A stretch of 32,000 nucleotides of DNA from Breznakia sp. PF5-3. GTDB taxonomy: Bacteria; Bacillota_I; Bacilli_A; Erysipelotrichales; Erysipelotrichaceae. Where the stretch lies: assembly GCF_029504745.1 (NCBI RefSeq), contig NZ_JAQFIQ010000001.1:96322-128321 (forward strand). Direction: 5' to 3'. The notes below the pieces were generated by a model. That model was given only the letters and a program-made list of their open reading frames with translations. It ran no database searches and was not told where the DNA came from. Every line of letters begins with the position of its first letter. Within the stretch, counting starts at the first letter, position 1. This document shows positions 21,557 through 28,534 of this stretch, in pieces. Position numbers and translations under genes: made by a program.

Positions 21557-22891
21557 TTGTTATTAAATATGATGAAAAAAAATGATATTTATGAAGGTAC
21601 ATGTAGTGATTATACATATGATGGTCTTGGGATTGTAAAAGTTGATGGTTTTTCAGTATTTGTTAAGAATGTCATTATTGGTGAAACTATTTTATTTAAA
21701 CTCATTAAAATAAAGAAAAATTATGGCTATGGACGTATAATTGAGATTAAAAACCCCTCCATACACCGCACAACACCATTCTGTGAGTATTTTGGAAAAT
21801 GTGGGGGGTGTCAATTACAGCATATGGATTTAGAAGCGCAAAATGAATTAAAAGAAAATATAGTCATCAATAATATTCGCAGAATTGCTCATAGTGATGC
21901 TGAAGTTAAACCAATACTCAATGGACAGCCAAGAGCATATCGTAACAAGGCACAATTTCCATTAACAGCAAATCCATACGCTCTTGGCTTTTATCGTATT
22001 CATTCAAATGAAATTGTTGATATTACTATGTGTCCTATACAAAGTGACAAGATAAATACACTATATCAATACCTGAGATTACATTTAAAATCAACTTCTT
22101 TTGTATCTAAATTACGTCATATACTTATTAAACATGCATTTCATACAGATGAGATCATGTTGGTATTTATCGCTAGTGATAACATACAAAATAGTATGGA
22201 AGAATTTATAAACAAACTAACAAAAGAACAGAATATTACTAGTGTTATTTTAAATGTAAACCGCTCTACAAATAATGTAATTCTGGGAAATGAAGAACAT
22301 TTACTTTTTGGTAGTAATACGATCAATGAATCGCTAATGGGATATACCTTTCAAATTGCTTCCAAATCGTTTTATCAAGTCAACCCAGAGCAGACAAAGG
22401 TTTTGTACGAGAAAGTATTAGAGTATGCAAATATCACTAAAAATGACACTGTAATTGATTTATACTGTGGAGTAGGAAGTATATCTTTATTTCTTGCGAA
22501 ATCAGCAAAGCAGGTAATTGGGATTGAAATCGTTGAAGATGCGATTACAAATGCAAAAGCAAATGCGAAAATGAATCATATTAATAATATTGAATTTGTA
22601 TGTAGTGATGCTGGTACATATGCTGAATATATGGTAGCGAATAATATTACTGCAAATATTGTTGTTCTAGATCCACCAAGAAAAGGATGTGATGATAAAA
22701 CAATTCAAAGTGTTATTAAGATGCACCCTGAACGTATTGTTTATGTATCTTGTAATCCTGCTACACTAGCAAGAGATATTGAAAAATTTGAACAATTTGA
22801 TTATAAATGTACCATCGTACAACCCGTTGATATGTTTCCACATACATTTCATGTGGAAACGGTCTGCTTGATGTCTAGGAAAGAGAAATAA
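21557..22891 (+). CDS. rlmCD: 23S rRNA (uracil-C5)-methyltransferase, RumA/RlmCD (TrmA) family
   Basis: 444-aa ORF with an N-terminal TRAM-like domain, the 4Fe-4S cysteines C....CGGCQLQH...C, the SAM motif DLYCGVGS, and the catalytic region DPPRKG ... YVSCNPATLARD. The start is uncertain: TTG at 21557, or ATG at 21569 or 21572. Confidence 0.9.
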   Translation: MLLNMMKKNDIYEGTCSDYTYDGLGIVKVDGFSVFVKNVIIGETILFKLIKIKKNYGYGRIIEIKNPSIHRTTPFCEYFGKCGGCQLQHMDLEAQNELKENIVINNIRRIAHSDAEVKPILNGQPRAYRNKAQFPLTANPYALGFYRIHSNEIVDITMCPIQSDKINTLYQYLRLHLKSTSFVSKLRHILIKHAFHTDEIMLVFIASDNIQNSMEEFINKLTKEQNITSVILNVNRSTNNVILGNEEHLLFGSNTINESLMGYTFQIASKSFYQVNPEQTKVLYEKVLEYANITKNDTVIDLYCGVGSISLFLAKSAKQVIGIEIVEDAITNAKANAKMNHINNIEFVCSDAGTYAEYMVANNITANIVVLDPPRKGCDDKTIQSVIKMHPERIVYVSCNPATLARDIEKFEQFDYKCTIVQPVDMFPHTFHVETVCLMSRKEK

Positions 22892-23039
22892 ATAGCGAAG
22901 TGTTGCGTATTTACTGGATTTTTTTGAGATTAGGCAATAGTTCATGAAAGTCCGTATTTCTTATTTTGAAACATATCTACTGCAAAAACGGTCAGAGTGT
23001 TTAGGCAGTGGATTAGATGTTATAGAAGGAGGCGTTTTC

Positions 23040-23813
23040 ATGGAATTTGATTTGAGAACTTGTGATGCAGCATACAACTTCGTTCTTGATTTTATGGGTA
23101 TGACTCCTGATGAGTACATCACAGAGAGTATTATAAATTGTGAGAATGACTTTGAGACATTTTGGAGCCGGAATATTAAACGAATAAAATCAATTGATAT
23201 TTCTGGGGTGAGGCTGATGGCATTTCATGTTGTAGGTTCAATTGATGAATGTTGCGAGATTAAAGAAAATGGTTTGATGAATTTACAAAGTGTTCTTTCG
23301 GAAGAAACCATCTTAAAGAAGCTATTAGAAAAAACAGGTGTCATATTTGATATTCCAAATAAGCTCGTGAGCTGTAAAGAGAATAATTATGACATTGATT
23401 ATGAGAAATACAAAGGCCATCATTTCTTGACAGGAATGGATGAAAAGTTATACCGTGTTGCTCATCGAGTTTATTATGATTTTTGTGTAAATGGATTCAT
23501 GGCTAATGATAATGTGTTCAATTATGGTACTAACATTCACGAAAGGCCTGAATTCTTAATGACACTCGGAGAATTATTTCCGCAGGCAGAAAAAGTTGAA
23601 AGTTTCTGGAAAACAAAAGCTAAGAGTTATAGAGTTGACTTCTATGCGACCATTGACCAAGTTCACCGATTCAATTTTGAACTTGATGAGTATAGAGACC
23701 CTCCTTACGAGGATTGGGTTGACCTTGATGATGATATGAAACTTAAAAAATGGATGTTATCACACATTATTGATAGAGCGCATGGCGATTTGGGCATACA
23801 ATTTTATATATAA
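23040..23813 (+). CDS. hypothetical protein (no recognised family), first gene of accessory region
   Basis: The ORF is open from 22944, but GAAGGAGG lies 7 nt upstream of the ATG at 23040, giving a 257-aa product (MEFDLRTCDAAY...). The protein is acidic and soluble-looking. I recognise no catalytic motif. Confidence 0.7.
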   Translation: MEFDLRTCDAAYNFVLDFMGMTPDEYITESIINCENDFETFWSRNIKRIKSIDISGVRLMAFHVVGSIDECCEIKENGLMNLQSVLSEETILKKLLEKTGVIFDIPNKLVSCKENNYDIDYEKYKGHHFLTGMDEKLYRVAHRVYYDFCVNGFMANDNVFNYGTNIHERPEFLMTLGELFPQAEKVESFWKTKAKSYRVDFYATIDQVHRFNFELDEYRDPPYEDWVDLDDDMKLKKWMLSHIIDRAHGDLGIQFYI

Positions 23814-23890
23814 AAGATGATGTGATAATTCCGGTAAATCAAATTATTGATATTTCAGAATTATAAAAGCATATAAAAGGCGGTGTGATT

Positions 23891-24442
23891 ATGGGTGAAT
23901 ATGTAAAAAAGAAAAAATACATGGTATTCCAAAGTGTAGAATCACTTCAGCAAGCTGTTAATGTTCTAAATGATGCGGCAGCTGCGGTAAATGATAAATC
24001 ACGTACAATTAGAGAAAGCGCAATCCCTGAAGTGCTTGCAGGAGTATTAGGTGCTGGTATTGGCGGAGTAGGTTCTTTTGCTGCACTTTACGGGTTGGGT
24101 TCTGTTGTAGGATTATCAGCAGCAGGTATAACATCAGGACTTGCTGCAGCAGGTAGCATTGTTAGCGGCGGTATGGTTGCAGGTGTATTCGTACTTGCAG
24201 CACCTGTAGCAGCCCTTGCAGCAGCAGGAGTAGGATTTGCTACACACTTAAAAAATAAACAGTTAAGACAAGAAAAAGAACGTTTGTATAAAGAAGCTTT
24301 GAAAAAGCATGAAGCAATTATTCAAGCTTTGAAATCTGAGGTTGATGCTGATAAAGAGCGTCTCGATTACTTACAGAGCTTAAATATTCTTCTTACGCAA
24401 ATAATAAAAGACTTAAAGAAGGATTTGGGTAAGGCGGCATGA
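23891..24442 (+). CDS. hypothetical Gly/Ala-rich (glycine-zipper) membrane protein with C-terminal coiled coil
   Basis: 183 aa from the ATG at 23891 (GTG at 23885 is also possible). Three regions are visible. There is an N-terminal helix. There are about 75 aa of G/A/V/S-rich hydrophobic sequence (GVLGAGIGGVGSFAALYGLGSVVGLSAAGITSGLAAAGSIVSGGMVAGVFVLAAPVAALAAAGVGFA). The C-terminus is a charged heptad-like helix (KNKQLRQEKERLYKEALKKHEAIIQALKSEVDADKERL). AAGGCGG serves as SD. Confidence 0.75.
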   Translation: MGEYVKKKKYMVFQSVESLQQAVNVLNDAAAAVNDKSRTIRESAIPEVLAGVLGAGIGGVGSFAALYGLGSVVGLSAAGITSGLAAAGSIVSGGMVAGVFVLAAPVAALAAAGVGFATHLKNKQLRQEKERLYKEALKKHEAIIQALKSEVDADKERLDYLQSLNILLTQIIKDLKKDLGKAA

Positions 24443-25800
24443 GCAAATTCAAGTACACTGAAACAGAACAACAATTTAATAATGCTTTGAATCATCAGTC
24501 AAAAGAATTAAGTTTAATTAAAAGACCTGATATGACATCAGTAGAAGTTTGCATTTCTGAGAGCGAAGAACTACTGAAGGAGTTAGGTATCTCTACAGAG
24601 AGTATGCCTGAAGTGGTTAACCCTACATTTCAAAGGGGGATGGTAGTTCCTACGTGGGAGGAATTGTGCATTCAAGCTGAACAGGAAGTTGGTTCAACAA
24701 CAGATTTAGAATCCCTTTTTACAGATGAAGAATTGAGAATGAATCAAGTTGCTCTACGTGCTTTGAATATCGATTACAATAATATTCATAAGCTTGATAA
24801 AATAGATATTACTATTTGTGCAACTGCAGGTATTTTGGGCGTTGTTGTTGATATTCTACTAATAGGAATTCCGAAAAAAACACCAGAAGGTTTAAAAGGT
24901 GGGCCACTTTCCAATTATGTAAGAGACTGGTTTAATCAAAGATTTCCAGAAGTAGAAATGGAAAAACTCTCCAATTCAAAAGTAAGCAAAGTATCATTTG
25001 ATGCTCAGGATAATCGCCATACTACAGAGTATGTTACCGGTTTATCTGCTTACTATCATAGATTGTTATCGCTTGGGCATGACCCTATCCTTGGATTGAT
25101 ATTTGGAGTTTATGACATTTTGACTGATAAAATGACGACGATTGATAAAACTGGCAAAATGGTATCTCAGGTTATGGAAAACTATGCAGACCGAAAAGAA
25201 AGTGATATTTTTGCTGCAATTGCTAAGCAGATTATTCATTTCAAATCTGACATTACAACGTCTATGGGGCTACCGGCTCCTTTGATGGCATTATTTAACT
25301 TACTCCAGTTTGGTAGTATTGGAGAAGAAGAACAGATAATTGCTGAAATTGTGCAGGGAATGTATTACGAAGGTTATGATTTCATTCATTTTTGTAGTAT
25401 GTCAATTCCGACAATGATAATTGAAGTAATCATCAGATTAGGCTATGGCATTAAGAGGATTAAAGAAGGTAATTCTATAAAGGACTCGATTCCTTTTTCA
25501 TTAAATCGAGAAAAACATCCAAAGCTGAGCACTATGTTATTCATTGGACATTCTGCGGCTACTGCTGTAAATGCTGGAAAGGTTTACTTCACCAAAAATC
25601 CTATGGCAATAAACTATCCTCAATGGATAACATTTGCTAAATATTTATACAAACAATTGAAATGGGTGTTGTTAGAGAAACAAGAACTTAAAGATGCCTA
25701 CGTTAGAGGTATCATTGCTGAAGAATTGAATGAAATATATGCTGAAATAGATAATAGCTTCACGGAAATGTCGGAAGAGTATATAGTTGTCTTTAATTAA
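24439..25800 (+). CDS. hypothetical membrane-associated protein, translationally coupled to the upstream gene
   Basis: 453-aa ORF. The ATGA start/stop overlap is at 24439-24442. The same AAGGCGG SD motif lies 1 nt upstream. Hydrophobic segments include ITICATAGILGVVVDILLIGIP, IHFCSMSIPTMIIEVIIRLGYGI and LSTMLFIGHSAATAVNAG. The conserved-looking stretch YHRLLSLGHDPILGLIFGVYD stands out. I recognise no family. Confidence 0.8.
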   Translation: MSKFKYTETEQQFNNALNHQSKELSLIKRPDMTSVEVCISESEELLKELGISTESMPEVVNPTFQRGMVVPTWEELCIQAEQEVGSTTDLESLFTDEELRMNQVALRALNIDYNNIHKLDKIDITICATAGILGVVVDILLIGIPKKTPEGLKGGPLSNYVRDWFNQRFPEVEMEKLSNSKVSKVSFDAQDNRHTTEYVTGLSAYYHRLLSLGHDPILGLIFGVYDILTDKMTTIDKTGKMVSQVMENYADRKESDIFAAIAKQIIHFKSDITTSMGLPAPLMALFNLLQFGSIGEEEQIIAEIVQGMYYEGYDFIHFCSMSIPTMIIEVIIRLGYGIKRIKEGNSIKDSIPFSLNREKHPKLSTMLFIGHSAATAVNAGKVYFTKNPMAINYPQWITFAKYLYKQLKWVLLEKQELKDAYVRGIIAEELNEIYAEIDNSFTEMSEEYIVVFN

Positions 25801-25806
25801 GAATCG

Positions 25807-25837
25807 CCCTCTCAACCATTATGGCTGGGAGGGTTTT
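25807..25837 (+). terminator. Rho-independent terminator after the 453-aa gene
   Basis: ccctctcaacca (25807-25818) pairs with tggctgggaggg (25822-25833): a 12-bp stem with two G-U pairs and a 3-nt loop. TTTT follows. Confidence 0.7.
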
Positions 25838-25849
25838 ATGCGTCTATGC

Positions 25850-26530
25850 TTATCTTTCAACATCGACCTTGAATCCGAATTTCAATTCAACGGTACAGTG
25901 AGTAGGCCAGATTATAATTTGCTTGAGCCAGCATTTTACAAGCTCCTGCTGAAGCTCCATAAGCTTCTCATCAATGCCATCCGTGGTGATTGCAGTAGAA
26001 GCTCTGATGACCGATGCGATATTTTGATTTATCTCTAAGAAGCTCATTCTAGACGATGAGTACAATTTCCTGCAGGTCAATCTCGTTGATGATTCTTGCG
26101 AGGCACTCAAGGCCATGGGTTCTAACTTGCTGATGCAGCGCCAGACGATGGATTTGCAGCCACGGTTGTTCCAATGAATTCTTCTGAACATTTCACCACA
26201 ATCACCACAAATAATAATCTGTGAGAAGCAGTGCTTGCAGCTGTAGCTTCGTTTCTTTCCATTAGCACTGGTCTTAACCACTCGCCTGTATACCAATTCT
26301 TCCTGCCACGCATGTAAATTTCTCTAGGAATAATCGCTTCGCGGTTTCCTTCAACATAATATTATGGAACGATGCCACTGTTCTTAACTCTGGTCTTGTT
26401 CGGTTTTTGGACTTTTTGTTGTAAAGTAAGAACCAAACATATCCACGGTTAAAATGTCGTAGGGTTGAGTTTAGAAGATGAAAACGGTAGGGAGTGGATA
26501 TAGGATTGTTAAAAGAAATTAATTGAGTAC
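25850..26530 (-). pseudogene. large serine recombinase remnant (C-terminal recombinase / zinc beta-ribbon part only; multiple frameshifts and stops; catalytic N-terminus absent)
   Basis: Recombinase-like peptide is spread over all three minus-strand frames:
- LQQKVQKPNKTRVKNSGIVP*YYVEGNREAIIPREIYM, with a stop at 26362-26364
- a frameshift near 26305-26311, leading into QEELVYRR...KKRSYSCKHCFSQIIICGDCGEMFRRIHWNNRGCKSIVWRCISKLE
- a frameshift near 26115-26122, leading into HGLECLARIINEIDLQEIVLIV*, with a stop at 26049-26051
- a further shift into FLEINQNIASVI...IDEKLMELQQELVK...HCTVELKFGFKVDVER
The pattern matches what I recall of TndX/Ccr-like large serine recombinases. The upper boundary (26530) is approximate. 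Confidence 0.8.
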
Positions 26531-26890
26531 GGAGTATCGAGAGGAAGTTTGCAAATAAGAGAAATAAAGAACAGAAAACCAATTGTATCTGGTACATTAT
26601 AAGAAGTGAATAATCCGCAAAAGTATTATACAGGCAGTAAAATGATTATGTCTAGTCTCCAGATACGGCTTCAATCTAGGTGTTCCTGCAACAGTTCATT
26701 GTGACGGAGAAAACTAATCATAACAGTGAATGATATTAATAATTTGTAGAGGATGGTGTTGTATACAATTAAAAACCTAGGATGATAATTTTATTATTTA
26801 AATATAATCAAATATCATCAAACTGATGCAAATATAATAAAAATGAGTATAATAAAGAGAAGCAGTTTAATTATACAGAGAGGTGATGTT

Positions 26891-27040
26891 ATGCAAAATA
26901 GCAACGAAGATATATGGATTAATATTAATGAAGCTTCTGAATATTTAGGTGTAAAAACTGTTACTTTACGTGGAGTGATAAAGAATGAGAATTCTGTTCC
27001 AGCATATAAAGTTGGTAAGCAGTGGAAATTCAAACGATAG
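26891..27040 (+). CDS. excisionase-family (MerR-like) helix-turn-helix DNA-binding protein
   Basis: 49 aa from the ATG at 26891 (GAGAGGTGA SD upstream). The sequence WININEASEYLGVKTVTLRGVIKNENSVPAYKVGKQWKFKR fits the HTH_17 / Xis-type pattern (L...EAA.yLGVs..TL......G.iPa.KvGk.WrF.r). The longer 65-aa ORF from 26843 is not favoured. Confidence 0.75.
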   Translation: MQNSNEDIWININEASEYLGVKTVTLRGVIKNENSVPAYKVGKQWKFKR

Positions 27041-27077
27041 AAATAGACAAATGAGTCAAAAGTGGAGAAAGCGAATT

Positions 27078-27239
27078 ATGAAACAAAAAAAGATTAAGCA
27101 TTTATCATTGTTTGCCGGGTACGGTGGTATAAATTTAGGTTTTCAATGGGCAGGTTTCAAGACAGTTGCAGGAGTAGAAATCAAACAATTTGCTTGTGAT
27201 ATTCTTAGAAAAAAATGGAGAGATAAATCATGGCACTAA
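27078..27239 (+). pseudogene. DNA (cytosine-5) methyltransferase, 5' stub only (motif I region), truncated
   Basis: MKQKKIKHLSLFAGYGGINLGFQWAGFKTVAGVEIKQFACD matches the N-terminus of C5-MTases: motif I F.G.GG and the following acidic E of motif II. The frame stops after 53 codons. I found no PCQ or ENV catalytic motif downstream in any frame. The stop overlaps the start of the DUF262 gene. Confidence 0.7.
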
Positions 27240-28531
27240 TTCAAGAAGAATTAAAAATAATTAAATTAAAAGACTTACTTAATATAAATTTAGCCTTGCC
27301 TTCATATCAGCGTCCATATAGTTGGAGTGCGAAGTCAAGTAATACCTTATTTATTGATACATATGAAGCCTTTAAGGATGGAATAAACGAATACCGACTT
27401 GGATCGGTAATCTTACAGAAAGAATGTTCAGAAAAATATAATATTGTTGATGGACAACAAAGACTTACTACCTTAACAATTCTACTTTTTTGCTTAGGCG
27501 ATGACAATCAAAGATTGTTGGAAGAAAAATACAGCAAACTATCTAATGATGTTATTGTTACAAATTTTGGTGTTCTTTCTAAAAGAACTAACGAATTAAC
27601 TGATGATGAGCGTAAAAAATATAAAGATTATCTTTTGAATCAATGCACCACGGTTCAAATTGTTACAGATAGTGAACAAGAGGCGTTTCAGTTCTTCGAT
27701 TCACAAAATTCTCGTGGAAAAGAGTTAGCACCACATGATTTGTTGAAATCATACCATTTACGGGAAATGAATAACGAGGATGAAAAACAAAAAGTTAAAA
27801 TTATAAATAACTGGGAAAATATGAATCAAGATGATCTAGATGATTTATTTAAAAACTATTTGTACCCACTAACTCAATGGTATAAGAAAAAAAAGGGGTT
27901 GGGTTATTCTTCAAGCAAAATTGATTCTTTCAAAGGAATTAAAGGAACAAATATCTACAACTATGCAATTTATCATAAAGCTAGTAGTCTGTATGTAGAA
28001 CAACTCAATACTAATGGTAGTAGTGAATTACTTGCCTCAAAATTTTTGAATCAATTCCAATTGACACAACCATTGATAGCTGGAAAGCGATTCTTTAATT
28101 ATACACTCCATTACGGGAAATTATTAGAAAAGATTCAAAAACAAATTAACCGCTTTTATAACCATGAGCAAGTTCCAAGTAAGCGTTCTGGCGATATTTA
28201 TATTATGCAACTTTATGAATGTTCATTATTATTCTTTGCAGATAGATTTGGTCTTGAGAGTTTAACCCAATCCGTGATGCAACAACTTTATTCATGGAGT
28301 TATTCATTGAGAATGGCAATGAATGCAGTGTATCCGCAGACCATCAATAAATATGCGCAAGGTCAGCATGAACGTGCAAACTATGGAATCGATATGTTTG
28401 CTGAAATCAGCGAAATGGCTGATCCAGAAGAATTGAAGTTGCTGGTGCTTACAAAGCCAGACATTGATGACAATAATAAGGAAAAATACAAAGCAATTTA
28501 TACATTGCTTTGTAAATGGAATGGATGGTAG
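27230..28531 (+). CDS. DUF262 (GmrS-like, ParB/Srx-fold NTPase) protein lacking a nuclease domain
   Basis: 433-aa ORF with the DUF262 motifs LPSYQRPYSW, VDGQQRLTTLTILL and FQFFDSQNSRGKELAPHDLLK. The C-terminal half is helical. I see no H..(N/H) His-Me motif. GGAGAG SD lies upstream. Confidence 0.85.
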   Translation: MALIQEELKIIKLKDLLNINLALPSYQRPYSWSAKSSNTLFIDTYEAFKDGINEYRLGSVILQKECSEKYNIVDGQQRLTTLTILLFCLGDDNQRLLEEKYSKLSNDVIVTNFGVLSKRTNELTDDERKKYKDYLLNQCTTVQIVTDSEQEAFQFFDSQNSRGKELAPHDLLKSYHLREMNNEDEKQKVKIINNWENMNQDDLDDLFKNYLYPLTQWYKKKKGLGYSSSKIDSFKGIKGTNIYNYAIYHKASSLYVEQLNTNGSSELLASKFLNQFQLTQPLIAGKRFFNYTLHYGKLLEKIQKQINRFYNHEQVPSKRSGDIYIMQLYECSLLFFADRFGLESLTQSVMQQLYSWSYSLRMAMNAVYPQTINKYAQGQHERANYGIDMFAEISEMADPEELKLLVLTKPDIDDNNKEKYKAIYTLLCKWNGW

Positions 28532-28534
28532 AAG

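Noticed and set aside
21538-21558. Small hairpin tcggac-aata-gtccga followed by TTTTT, overlapping the stop of the 206-aa gene and the TTG start of rlmCD
   Set aside because: The stem is only 6 bp, too weak to call a terminator or attenuator with confidence. I note it only because it slightly favours the downstream ATG starts (21569 or 21572) for the methyltransferase.
21557-22891. Idea that the rumA/rlmCD-type gene is the disrupted att site of an integrated element
   Set aside because: The methyltransferase ORF looks full-length with all expected motifs. I could not verify any direct repeat flanking the island by eye. The recombinase remnant is 3 kb away and dead. The idea is kept only as context in the island finding.
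22944-23039. 32-codon N-terminal extension of the 289-aa ORF
   Set aside because: There is no ribosome-binding site at 22944. GAAGGAGG sits 7 nt upstream of the internal ATG at 23040, so the shorter product is preferred.
25787-26038. 83-aa plus-strand ORF after the 453-aa gene
   Set aside because: It starts inside the end of the 453-aa gene, reads through its terminator hairpin, and lies antisense to the serine recombinase remnant. It has no SD and no recognisable sequence features.
26122-26597. 63-aa and 107-aa minus-strand ORFs
   Set aside because: They are not independent genes. They are out-of-frame or fragmentary pieces of the disrupted serine recombinase pseudogene, whose recombinase-like peptide continues across their boundaries in other frames.
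26818-27033. 71-aa minus-strand ORF
   Set aside because: It is antisense to the excisionase-type HTH gene. It is an Ile/Phe/Leu-rich AT-driven translation with no start context.
26985-27077. Upstream extension of the MTase-stub ORF (MRILFQHIKLVSSGNSNDRNRQ...)
   Set aside because: It overlaps the 3' end of the HTH gene in another frame and has no MTase-like sequence. The MTase similarity and a GGAG SD begin at the ATG at 27078.
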